Below are positions 1 through 9,250 of a DNA stretch of 26,450 bases, one piece after another. Each line of letters begins with the position of its first letter. Positions within the stretch are counted from its first letter, which is position 1. The stretch spans positions 1 to 26,450 of IMG/VR virus record IMGVR_UViG_3300044513_001450. One strand, given 5' to 3'. This DNA is from a virus (Duplodnaviria; Caudoviricetes). Below the pieces are notes generated by a model that worked only from the letters and a program-made list of their open reading frames with translations, was not told the DNA's origin and made no database searches. The position numbers were made by a program, and so were the translations under genes.

Positions 1-1100
1 ATTGCTAATAATTCTAATCTGCCACTGTCAATCTTAAGAGCATTGTTTGTTCCTGGATTCACTGAGATTGTAGCAGTATTCGTTATAGAACCAACTCCTG
101 CAATCAATGGTGCATTTAATGTACTTAAAGCTGTTACTGTATTTCCAGTGACAGTACCTGTGGTTGCACTTATATTTCCGCCTGTACTAAAGTTGGAAGA
201 AGTACTTGTAATACTTGTTAAAATGTCAAGTGTTTCTATACTTACATCTTTTAGTGTATTTGTGCTTGTGCTTGTAGGTGCTTGATTAAATGCATCTGCT
301 TCGATTGCAGTTGTAGTAGTTGCACCACGTGATGTAACAGTTGCTAATGTATCAGTTTCAAGCGTCAACAACCCTGTAGCATCAAATGTCAATGTAACTT
401 GTCCAGACGCTGCCGTTGCTGTAATTCTACCACTGCCAATAACATCGCCTTGTTGTAAATAGTTGTTTGTATTAATCTCTGCAATGGTTGTAAATTCACT
501 GTCGTTGGTTAGCAAACTGATATTTGAACCTGCTGTTAGTGCATTTGCTGGAGTAAATGTAAATACACCAGCAGCGTTGTATATCAAACTTCCTTGTCCG
601 CTTGCTGGATTGGTTACAACACTAAAATCAGATAACTGAACTCCGCCTGCTGCTGGGGATGCTTGCCAACTTGTTCCGTCATATGTTAGTACATCATTTA
701 AAATAGCATCAGAAACAAAAACGTCTCCAATATCATCAAGATTATCGATTTGATTTAGAACAGGTTTGTTGAGAATAAAAGCAGCACTTCCGGTATCTGT
801 TTCAGTCCAGTCACTTTGTATTTGCGGAACAACAGCATCGCCATTAAGTATTAGAGATGTTGCTGTCATTGTGGTTGCTGTTAGTGTAGATATTGTACTA
901 GCACCAGTAACATTTAATGTACCGCCTACCGACACATTACCTGTAGTAGCCATTGTACTACTGCTCAATGACCCGCTTACACTTAAACTAGTTAGGTTGG
1001 CAATACCCACACTTGAGAAATCTAAGCTATCACCGCTTGGTATTTCTTTTAGTCTATTACCGTCGTCTGTGTCTACTACTAGTGGAAATCTATTTGCCAT
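1..1100 (-). CDS. Virion structural / tail-associated protein (partial, runs off the left edge; missing from the ORF track)
   Basis: ATG at 1100 begins MANRFPLVVDTDDGNRLKEIPSGDSLDFSSVGIANL. The segments I translated by hand are open, including the last codons at the window edge (...NNALKIDSGRLELLA). It is S/T/G/A-rich with tail-protein-type motifs (PQIQSDWTETDTGSAAFILNKP; LDDIGDV...VLTYDGTSWQ) and is preceded by an ATAAATA box. Confidence 0.8.
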   Translation of the reverse strand, partial: MANRFPLVVDTDDGNRLKEIPSGDSLDFSSVGIANLTSLSVSGSLSSSTMATTGNVSVGGTLNVTGASTISTLTATTMTATSLILNGDAVVPQIQSDWTETDTGSAAFILNKPVLNQIDNLDDIGDVFVSDAILNDVLTYDGTSWQASPAAGGVQLSDFSVVTNPASGQGSLIYNAAGVFTFTPANALTAGSNISLLTNDSEFTTIAEINTNNYLQQGDVIGSGRITATAASGQVTLTFDATGLLTLETDTLATVTSRGATTTTAIEADAFNQAPTSTSTNTLKDVSIETLDILTSITSTSSNFSTGGNISATTGTVTGNTVTALSTLNAPLIAGVGSITNTATISVNPGTNNALKIDSGRLELLA

Positions 1101-1114
1101 TATTACATCCTGTT

Positions 1115-1132
1115 CTTTTTAATATTTATCGT
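1115..1132 (-). promoter_or_regulatory. T4-late-like promoter element (ACGATAAATATTAAAAAG)
   Basis: ATAAATA core at 1123-1129 upstream of the ATG at 1100. An identical 18-mer lies at 8903-8920. It resembles the T4 gp55 late consensus TATAAATA. Confidence 0.65.
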
Positions 1133-1136
1133 ATAC

Positions 1137-1436
1137 TTACAATGCTGCTATTCTTGCTTGGAAGTCTGCAAAATCTGTTGCTGCTGCTGCTTCTGTTTGC
1201 AATGTTGCTAAACTAATATAACCTGGTATAATGCCGTTTATAGCATCTACAAGCAAAGTACTGTCGTCTGCAAACACACTGCCTTTAATATCAGTGTTGA
1301 CTTGTCCATCTGCTAATGCTGCAATATCTGCATAAACTTCTGTAAAGTTTTCATTGATTTTTATCATAGCGTTACGGAGGGGATCTCCCCCTCCACTATT
1401 TGCAGCCGATCCTACATTTATTGTTTTTTGTGCCAT
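1137..1436 (-). CDS. Small structural protein with T4 gp9/gp10-like N-terminal motif
   Basis: MAQKTINVGSAANSGGGDPLRNAMIKINENFTEVY matches the I.vG..anDG.GD.LR.A..KiN.NF.ElY motif of baseplate gp9/gp10 N-termini. TAATG stop/start coupling with the upstream gene. Confidence 0.75.
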   Translation of the reverse strand: MAQKTINVGSAANSGGGDPLRNAMIKINENFTEVYADIAALADGQVNTDIKGSVFADDSTLLVDAINGIIPGYISLATLQTEAAAATDFADFQARIAAL

Positions 1437-4400
1437 TACACTCTCCCTACCACTACTTCAACAACACCACGTTCGCTGTCTTCTTTTGTTCCAACTGCTT
1501 TACCAATAACTTGGCCAACACCTGGTGTGTTGTTAACAATGGCATAACCGGCAACTGCACTTGTAACAAGCATATCGCCTTTGCGTACTTTACCAATAAC
1601 ATTACACGGTACTCTACCTTGCAATGCTAAACCTACAACGTGTTCGCCTTGTAATGCACTGTTCATCAAGTGTGCTGGATTGGTTGTTACAACACCAGCT
1701 GCTCTAGTATCACCTTTTGTAGTACACGCAGTAACTTCTTCATCACCGCCAAATACTAGTACTGTTCCTGGCGCATATGCTGCATCGCCTAAATAGTTTT
1801 CTGCAAGGTCAGCATATAGTGCAGCAGTTGCTTCACCATTAAATGTTGTTGCCCAAACTGTGTTGTATCTGTTTGTGTTACTACCAATGCTTACACCGTT
1901 GTCGGAGCCACTGTTTGCTGGACCAACTATGTTACCAGTGTGTGTAATACTGCCAGTGATGTTTATGCCAACAGTGCCGGTAATAGTTCCGCTTGTAAAT
2001 GTTAAGCCAGTTAATCCTGCTAAACTTGTTGACGATGCTCCAAGTGCAACACTTGTTGAACCAACTGTAATACTACTGTTTGCTAGTTCGGCGTTTGAAA
2101 CACCACCTGCTTTAATGCCAACAAATCCAGTTGTAGTTTCAAAGTTTGCATTATCAAAACTTGCTATACCTTTAGTAGCTGCGCCTGCTGTTGCTGCTGC
2201 TGTAGCATCATCAAGTGCTAGTTTACTTTGTGCGATTGCAGCACTAGCATTAACATCGTTGTCAACAATAACACCACTATTGATATTTGCTGTAATGCTA
2301 TTGCCCGATGTATATGTAAGGCCAATATCGCCAGTTACTTCAACATTTACACTTTGTTGGTTAGTTCCTACAAATGCTAAAATGTTGCTAGTGATTGGAG
2401 CGCCTGTTCCTGTAATAGTCACATCGCCGATATCATTTAGCTGATCTGTTTTTTGATCAACATATTGTTTTGTTGTAGCATCACTTGAAGCAGTTGGTGT
2501 TCCCAAGTTAGTAATACGATTACTGCCCAAGTTCATGTCACTGTTCATAATAGTTTGACTAAACCCTGGGCCACCTAAACTCATTACACCAGGTCCGATA
2601 ACTGTACCGCCTGTTGCGCCATCTCTATCAAATCCCAAACGTTGATCTATGTAACCTTCTGTTGCTGTTTGTGTTGGTACTGCATCGCCTTTAGCATCAG
2701 TAAACGTATCGTCGTTGCTAAACTCGTTAACACGCACACCACGTTTAAATCCAATACCGTCAATGTTTGTAAGAACAAGTGCAGCGTTGAATGTAACACT
2801 GCCAGTACCTTGGTCAACTGTAAAGAATCTACCTACACGGAAGAAACCATCTTGGTCAGTAAGTGTGGCAAATACTCTACCTTTATTACGTTCTTGTACT
2901 TGTGCTGCACTTGCATTACCAGTACTGTCAATAGCATCGCCTGATGAAACAGGACTAAATCCAAACGGTGAACCGTAAATACGTTCTGGATAGTTACTAG
3001 TATTGAACCCGCCAGTACCAATGTCCAGCATATCGTGTCCTGTTGCTCTGTTGGTACTGATGTTAACAGTAATCTCTGCTGCTTCTCCGGATGACAATCC
3101 TACTTTTAGTGTTATGCCGCTGCCGTTAACTAGTGTTTTAGCAAGTCCAGCATTTAGTGCTGGCCAATGAATATCTGTATTTGCAACATCAGAAATCTGT
3201 ACTACAGCAACTTGAGCTGTGCCACTACCGCCTGTGTATGCATATTCTGCATATGCATCTATTTGATAAGTTTTGCCGCCCCATGTAAATATCATATCGG
3301 CATTTGCTAGACGTGTTCTTTCAGTTGCATCTAGTTGACCTATTACAATAAACCTACTACCGTCTGTGCTTGTAGTTGCAGCAGTAGCACCCATTGTAAC
3401 AGTTGCACTTGGTGTAGCTGCTGATACAATATCAGTATAGTTTGAATCTACAGTACTATTTGCATCAAAGAAGCTTTCGGTAGCAGTTATTACACTTTGA
3501 TTAACACTTAAATCAGTGTATCTAAAGTTGCTATCAAATGTTACCATACGCTGGTTAGCCGCTGTAGTTACTCCATCAGTGATTTGGTTACCGAATAAAA
3601 TAGTACGATACACATAATCTGTAGTATCTTGCGTGAAAGTAAATGCTGTACTTGGACGAGTTGGTAGTTCTTCTGTACCAAAATCATCAAGCAAGAAGTT
3701 TTGCTTATGACGTATTACAAGTTTGGTATCGTGGTCGGTATCTTCTTGCAAGCCATTTGATGCTGTTCCTTCAAGTCCAGTACCAAAGTTCAACTTCCAT
3801 ACTTTACCATCACGTACAGGAGCACTGTCGTCAAATCTAGGAGTACCTGTTACACTAACTTCACCTATTACTCCACTGTTAACATCTGTTGTTGTAATAG
3901 TAGCATCGTTAGCAGGCGTAGCACCACCGAGTAATGTACCTGGAATAATGATTGTTTCGCCTGCTGCGCCTGCACCTGTACCGCCGCCTGTAATATCAAC
4001 ACTATAGTTGTCGCTGCGTGTTTTCTTAACTTTAAAAATAGCAGTATCCGCAGTATACGTACCTGTAAGACCAGCTGCGCTACTAGTATCAATATCATAA
4101 CTACTTAATGTAAAGTTAGCATTACTAGCATTGGTTATTTCATATGGTTGATACAATCCACTATTGTGCAGTATTTCAACTTCACTCACGTTATGAGGAT
4201 ATTCTTCTAAATCATACACATACATAAACAACGAGTCTTCTGGTGCATCGTTATCTAGTGTTGTAACTGTTGCTGGAATGCCAACATTTGTACTTGTAGG
4301 CGAAGTAATAGTTCCTGTTGTGTTGAATGTCCCTGTTGTAGTATGCACATACAATCTAGTAGGATCACCACTACCATCTTCTTCGCCTGTAAAACTTAAG

Positions 4401-7400
4401 ATACCTGTTGCATTTGCTGCTCTTGTTGCTGTACCACCACTACTATATGCAGTATTGGTTGACGAGTCATATGCAGAACTAAGTCCAGCATCAGTATACA
4501 ATGTAAATGTATTAACATCTTGCACATCTACATAAAACTGCAAGCCGTTTAGTTCAGTCATACCAACAACATTAGCTATAGTAACTAAATCTGCATCAGT
4601 CAGTCCGTGTCCGGTTGCAGTAACCGATGCCGGACTTGCTTGTGAAACGGCAGTAATAGTAGCATTAATCAAACCTTGTGTAAGTGTTTGTCCTGCACTA
4701 ACATTGCCTGTTGACGGAACAGCAGCAGCAAAATCTAAATATCCATCTGCTCTAAATGTTTTACCAGGGAATACCATATTGGCACCTAGTGTAACATCAG
4801 TAGCAACTTCATCAGGATCAGCACCTGCAGAAACTAGTCCGTAGATACCGTAACTGTTGTTACCACCTAAACTTCTAATCTGCGATCCGTCTAGTGCAAG
4901 ATATCCAGTATGACAATAGTATGTAAACATACTAACAAGTTCTGCTAGTGCGTTGTTAACACACAAAGCACCAAATCCTAAATCGTTGATTTGTGTAAAG
5001 TCGTTTGCTAACATACTTCTGTTACCACCACTTTGTACAAATATGTCAACACCAGTACTGCCAATGTATCCTCGGCCTACTACAAATGTTTGCGCAAGAC
5101 CACCACCGGTGTATGCACTAAATGCACTTGTATTATAACCTGCTGTTAAGCCGATATCGGTATAAAGTTCAACTTCATTTGGGTTAAGTGTTGTTTTAAC
5201 ATACAATGTAGCACTGTTTATTTGAATCATACCATTTACATTACTGATTGTAACACGATCAGCATCAGTGTATGGATGTGCAGTAGTTGTGCGCATAACA
5301 GCGGTTGCTGCTTGTGTGATATTATCAATATTACGTGATGTACTATCACTTGGATTACTGGTTTCATCTAAAATAAATGTAGCAGTTCCAGTTGCTTTAT
5401 CATATGCAGAGATTGTGTTAACTTGATATCTTGAACCTGCAATAAAAAACGGAAACGGTGTAGGAGGTTTTCTTACAAACAATCCTTGATCAGTTGGCGA
5501 ACTTACACTAATACTAAATGGACTATTTACTGTATCAATAGTTGCAGGCATATTACCTGCATATCCATCAACAAACAATCCGCCTGCAAAGTTTCTATTT
5601 GTGCCTTTTGATTGTGCAAAACTTGAACCTGTTTGGCAATAAGGAGAACGTGTTAGTATTTGACCTTCTGGGTCAAGTACCATCATAAATCCACCTTGTC
5701 TTTGTACAGTAATGTTTCTTACAATAGTACCATCATTACACAGTAGCACATCCATTTCACTGTTGTTTAATGGAGGGTTGTAGTTTACATTATTAAAATA
5801 TGCAACACAATCAACCAATGCATTAGCTTGTGTGTCTGATTCTGTTTCTGCTGCATAATCTTCATCAAATATTTGAGCAACAGTTCCTGTTCCTGCATAT
5901 CCGTTGCCCGAATCGTTAGCTAAAATATTTGTTATAATAGCTTTTAAATTTGTTATTGCTGCGGCAGTTTCAGTTTCTTGTCCTGCAACTGCGCCTGTAT
6001 AATATGCGCCTTGGTTTGTAAGAGTGTTTTCTCTTCCACCTACACGTAAATCCTTTACAATGCCGTCAACAATCAATCCAGTGTCTCTACGACATTTGAT
6101 TTCATTGTAAACCAATGAAGGATATGTTGCATTAACATATTCGATTGTTTCTTCTACCAAATATTCTTTGTTGAGTTCGATTAGTCTTGCAGCATCTTTA
6201 AAGTTTCCAGGATTAGCTGTAGCATCAGTTCCTACATCTGCTACTTTACTAGGATCAGAAACATAATGATATCCATATTTTCCTTGTTTGCCACTAACTG
6301 GATGTGTAAAGTGATATCCACCGCCTGTGGTTGCAATATCAAATGTTAAGTCTGCGCCTCCACCTGCGCCGATTTTACTGTCATTAATAGTTATTGTTTC
6401 GCCAACAATAAATCCATCACCACCGCTTGTAATAGTTACAGTACAAGCACCACCTGATAAAACAATAACTTGGAATGTGGCTTTTACACCTGACCCATCA
6501 GATCCCCAATCATCGACACCAATCTGATATGTACCCAGCACACGAGAAGCATCTGCGGCTGATACGTTTGTCAGTGTTGCAGCTGGAGAATATGCTGATA
6601 TAAGAGTATCTGTTACAATATCTCTATAGAAATATGTATGATTCCATTTACTTTGTGAAACACCAGGTTTTGGACGTAGAACAACTCGTCTAAACTCATC
6701 GCCTTTGATACTTACGTTTTCAGGTAACTTAATAGGAAGATGTTCGTAATAAATGCCAGATTCAATTCTTACTGTGATTTGGTTGTTTCTAGTAATATTA
6801 CCAAATTCTAGTTCTTCACCTGCAATAAACTCAATAGGTTCAACTAGGTCAACTACTACGCTATCAGTAGTAACACTTGCGCTACGAGTGTAATCAGTAA
6901 TAATACCTTTTGCACCCGATAGCTTTCCTACAATGATCTTACCTTCAATAAGATCAGGATTGCCTTCACCACCTTGGTCAACTGCTGGATTTGTACCATT
7001 AGTAAATGCAAATGTATATCCTGCGCCTGTGGCTGCAAGTGGAACATCAGTTCCTGATAAAATGTCAATGATTTCATTAAAGCGATCAGTATAGGCTGTA
7101 ATAACATTTGCTGCGATTGTGCCTGGTGCTGCTGTATTAGCGTCATTAAATGCACTAACCAACTGTGCTCTAACCACAGCAATCGATGCTCGTGTAGCTG
7201 CTCCTTGATCTACTTGTGCTTTGATTGCACTTGGGTTTGCATTATATCTTAGGCCTGCCCAACGTGATAGATAGTTTACTGTTAATCCTGCATTAACATC
7301 AAGTCTTACAGAATCAATCATTAGTTGTACATCACGTTTACAAAGTTGTATATCGTATGTTAAGTCTGCAAAGTTGACTGCAATGTAATCTTGTACAAAC

Positions 7401-8518
7401 TCTTGTATAGAGTTTGTATTAGACACAGCTAAGTTACTAGCTGCTACTGCGGTTGCTGGACTGGTATATCCTGTAATACTATCAATAATACTATTAACAG
7501 CGCCATCGTCGTATGTTACTTGCTGTACATAAGGACCAGGTTCGTATGGAGTAGCTTCAATAATCGATTCTGCTTTAATCATAGCAGCATTAACAGATTT
7601 GTAAGCATACTGTGGCGATCTACCTTCTTGGCCAGCTGGAGCTGCTTTTTGTGAATCATCACCAGCTGTTGAAACATAAATGTTTGTTGCACTAGCATAG
7701 CCCTGTGTATCAACATAAAGTTTTGTAACAGCTTGTAAATCATCTTTACCATTTGGAGCGCCGAAGCCTTCGAGAGGATTTGGGTGATCTGATAGGTACA
7801 GTGTATCTAACATACGTCTATTAGTTTCACTACCTGCTCGTGTAATTACTTCTTGTGTTTGCGGAACCTGTGTGCCTGTGGCACTTGCTGGAACATTCAA
7901 CGCACCAGTCATAGTATCGCCTGCTACATTTACATAGTTATCATCTGCATACCCTTTACTGATAATAACATTATCAGTAGAAATAGCTGCCGATCCAGGA
8001 TGTGTAGTTGCCCAGTTGGTAACAAGTGTATTGATATCATCGCCTGCACCGGTATTTCTTAGTGTTGTATTAATAGCATTACTATATGCTGTTACTGCTT
8101 GAGCATTTAAAGGAGCGTTTAATACTGGATCTGGATCACGTTCAATATGTGGATCATTTATAATAATCTTAACTGTACCACTTTGATTAGGTGTAGCAGG
8201 ATCAACATCATCAAACTCAACAACAACACTGTTATTGATTGTATTAACTGCTTTTGCCGAACCATTGTTGCCAGTATCACTAACAAACTTATAAAAGTTT
8301 AAACCTGTTTCTGTACTATTAACTGCTGTTATTGCAGTAGTATTTCCTAAATACGAATCAGGAACATCGTCGATATTTTTAAATGATATTGCACCGCCAA
8401 GCCCAAATACAGCATATAGTTCAGTAAAGTTTGTATTTACTTTTTTGAAACTTTCACGGATGCTATCGCCTGTGCCGTCATTACCCTCGATACCAATATC
8501 AACTTCTTGTCTTGCCAT
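1436..8518 (-). CDS. Giant (2360 aa) baseplate-anchored tail fibre / tailspike-like structural protein
   Basis: gp9/gp10-type N-terminus (DIGIEGNDGTGDSIRESFKKVNTNFTELY). Beta-helix/pectin-lyase-like entry motif (VRIESGIYYEHLPIKLPENVSIKGDEFRRVVLRP). TKxYVD neck motifs and two E1-FCCH-like repeats. C-terminal ADLAENY...PGTVLVFGG...ALQGRVPC.V.G.VRKGDMLVTS...IGKA domain typical of fibre C-termini. Confidence 0.85.
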   Translation of the reverse strand: MARQEVDIGIEGNDGTGDSIRESFKKVNTNFTELYAVFGLGGAISFKNIDDVPDSYLGNTTAITAVNSTETGLNFYKFVSDTGNNGSAKAVNTINNSVVVEFDDVDPATPNQSGTVKIIINDPHIERDPDPVLNAPLNAQAVTAYSNAINTTLRNTGAGDDINTLVTNWATTHPGSAAISTDNVIISKGYADDNYVNVAGDTMTGALNVPASATGTQVPQTQEVITRAGSETNRRMLDTLYLSDHPNPLEGFGAPNGKDDLQAVTKLYVDTQGYASATNIYVSTAGDDSQKAAPAGQEGRSPQYAYKSVNAAMIKAESIIEATPYEPGPYVQQVTYDDGAVNSIIDSITGYTSPATAVAASNLAVSNTNSIQEFVQDYIAVNFADLTYDIQLCKRDVQLMIDSVRLDVNAGLTVNYLSRWAGLRYNANPSAIKAQVDQGAATRASIAVVRAQLVSAFNDANTAAPGTIAANVITAYTDRFNEIIDILSGTDVPLAATGAGYTFAFTNGTNPAVDQGGEGNPDLIEGKIIVGKLSGAKGIITDYTRSASVTTDSVVVDLVEPIEFIAGEELEFGNITRNNQITVRIESGIYYEHLPIKLPENVSIKGDEFRRVVLRPKPGVSQSKWNHTYFYRDIVTDTLISAYSPAATLTNVSAADASRVLGTYQIGVDDWGSDGSGVKATFQVIVLSGGACTVTITSGGDGFIVGETITINDSKIGAGGGADLTFDIATTGGGYHFTHPVSGKQGKYGYHYVSDPSKVADVGTDATANPGNFKDAARLIELNKEYLVEETIEYVNATYPSLVYNEIKCRRDTGLIVDGIVKDLRVGGRENTLTNQGAYYTGAVAGQETETAAAITNLKAIITNILANDSGNGYAGTGTVAQIFDEDYAAETESDTQANALVDCVAYFNNVNYNPPLNNSEMDVLLCNDGTIVRNITVQRQGGFMMVLDPEGQILTRSPYCQTGSSFAQSKGTNRNFAGGLFVDGYAGNMPATIDTVNSPFSISVSSPTDQGLFVRKPPTPFPFFIAGSRYQVNTISAYDKATGTATFILDETSNPSDSTSRNIDNITQAATAVMRTTTAHPYTDADRVTISNVNGMIQINSATLYVKTTLNPNEVELYTDIGLTAGYNTSAFSAYTGGGLAQTFVVGRGYIGSTGVDIFVQSGGNRSMLANDFTQINDLGFGALCVNNALAELVSMFTYYCHTGYLALDGSQIRSLGGNNSYGIYGLVSAGADPDEVATDVTLGANMVFPGKTFRADGYLDFAAAVPSTGNVSAGQTLTQGLINATITAVSQASPASVTATGHGLTDADLVTIANVVGMTELNGLQFYVDVQDVNTFTLYTDAGLSSAYDSSTNTAYSSGGTATRAANATGILSFTGEEDGSGDPTRLYVHTTTGTFNTTGTITSPTSTNVGIPATVTTLDNDAPEDSLFMYVYDLEEYPHNVSEVEILHNSGLYQPYEITNASNANFTLSSYDIDTSSAAGLTGTYTADTAIFKVKKTRSDNYSVDITGGGTGAGAAGETIIIPGTLLGGATPANDATITTTDVNSGVIGEVSVTGTPRFDDSAPVRDGKVWKLNFGTGLEGTASNGLQEDTDHDTKLVIRHKQNFLLDDFGTEELPTRPSTAFTFTQDTTDYVYRTILFGNQITDGVTTAANQRMVTFDSNFRYTDLSVNQSVITATESFFDANSTVDSNYTDIVSAATPSATVTMGATAATTSTDGSRFIVIGQLDATERTRLANADMIFTWGGKTYQIDAYAEYAYTGGSGTAQVAVVQISDVANTDIHWPALNAGLAKTLVNGSGITLKVGLSSGEAAEITVNISTNRATGHDMLDIGTGGFNTSNYPERIYGSPFGFSPVSSGDAIDSTGNASAAQVQERNKGRVFATLTDQDGFFRVGRFFTVDQGTGSVTFNAALVLTNIDGIGFKRGVRVNEFSNDDTFTDAKGDAVPTQTATEGYIDQRLGFDRDGATGGTVIGPGVMSLGGPGFSQTIMNSDMNLGSNRITNLGTPTASSDATTKQYVDQKTDQLNDIGDVTITGTGAPITSNILAFVGTNQQSVNVEVTGDIGLTYTSGNSITANINSGVIVDNDVNASAAIAQSKLALDDATAAATAGAATKGIASFDNANFETTTGFVGIKAGGVSNAELANSSITVGSTSVALGASSTSLAGLTGLTFTSGTITGTVGINITGSITHTGNIVGPANSGSDNGVSIGSNTNRYNTVWATTFNGEATAALYADLAENYLGDAAYAPGTVLVFGGDEEVTACTTKGDTRAAGVVTTNPAHLMNSALQGEHVVGLALQGRVPCNVIGKVRKGDMLVTSAVAGYAIVNNTPGVGQVIGKAVGTKEDSERGVVEVVVGRV

Positions 8519-8529
8519 TTCTTTATCCT

Positions 8530-8895
8530 TTAAAACTGTGGTACTAAATTATCCATATCGAAGTTGACGCTTACGCCACATCCGCATGAACTCTGTGCAT
8601 TTGGATTGTTTATTTCAAAGTTAGCACCAACTAAACTTCTTACATAATCCACTTCTGTTCCTATTAGAAACATTAAACTGTGAGCTCCAACAACAAACGC
8701 ACACCCGTTAGCTGTTTTGACAACTTCATCGTCTGCTGCTAAGTCTGCTGGAGTAGCTACTGTACCCCATTCATATTCAAAACCAGCACATCCACCACCC
8801 TTGATGTTTAGTGTAATGCCATAGCAGTTGTTTTCTTCACTTAGAAGATCGATTTGTTTCTCTGCTGCTGAGGTTAAAGTTAGTATGCTCATCAT
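8530..8895 (-). CDS. iscA: HesB/IscA/SufA-family A-type iron-sulfur cluster carrier
   Basis: LTLTSAA N-terminus, KGGGCAGFEY, GTEVDYV...F...NPNAQSSCGCGVS; all three conserved Cys are present. Confidence 0.92.
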   Translation of the reverse strand: MMSILTLTSAAEKQIDLLSEENNCYGITLNIKGGGCAGFEYEWGTVATPADLAADDEVVKTANGCAFVVGAHSLMFLIGTEVDYVRSLVGANFEINNPNAQSSCGCGVSVNFDMDNLVPQF

Positions 8896-8902
8896 AGTGT
8901 TC

Positions 8903-8920
8903 CTTTTTAATATTTATCGT
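8903..8920 (-). promoter_or_regulatory. T4-late-like promoter element (ACGATAAATATTAAAAAG) running into the RBS of iscA
   Basis: Exact copy of 1115-1132; continues into AAAGGAA and then the ATG at 8895. Confidence 0.65.
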
Positions 8921-8951
8921 TGTATTTTATAATCTTAATGTAAATCAGTGG

Positions 8952-8957
8952 TAAATA
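8952..8957 (+). promoter_or_regulatory. Late-promoter-like TAAATA box, divergent from the iscA promoter
   Basis: GTAAATATACTTATG: TAAATA lies 5 nt before the ATG at 8963, with no Shine-Dalgarno. Confidence 0.5.
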
Positions 8958-8962
8958 TACTT

Positions 8963-9250
8963 ATGTTTTTAAAAGAATATTTAATTGATACGTGGCATAT
9001 GCGCCGTAGTAAACTTGGTAAACAGCACACCTACAATCGTAAAAAAACAATGGTACTACTACGCTGTGACAACTGCAATGAAGAGTTTGCTAGAGAGCGT
9101 GGACATATGGATCCAAAAAGACTCAGCAACAACTATTTCCATGTTTGTGAAAACTGTGATGCAAAACGTTTCGCACAACAGCGTGGAGTAAGTGCAAAGC
9201 AAGTATGGAAAATGTCAGCAAGCAGTAATATGCCTATTGGGAAAATATAG
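8963..9250 (+). CDS. Small basic putative zinc-binding protein (CDNC...HVCENC)
   Basis: The only plausible plus-strand gene. Two CxxC pairs, Lys/Arg-rich. Start moved from GTG 8948 to ATG 8963 (MFLKEY), just after the TAAATA box. Confidence 0.7.
   Translation: MFLKEYLIDTWHMRRSKLGKQHTYNRKKTMVLLRCDNCNEEFARERGHMDPKRLSNNYFHVCENCDAKRFAQQRGVSAKQVWKMSASSNMPIGKI

Noticed and set aside
43-8062. Many plus-strand ORFs in the track (e.g. 766-1122, 1860-2444, 3723-4007)
   Set aside because: They are antisense shadows of long minus-strand structural genes, with V/L/P-rich mirror composition and no RBS.
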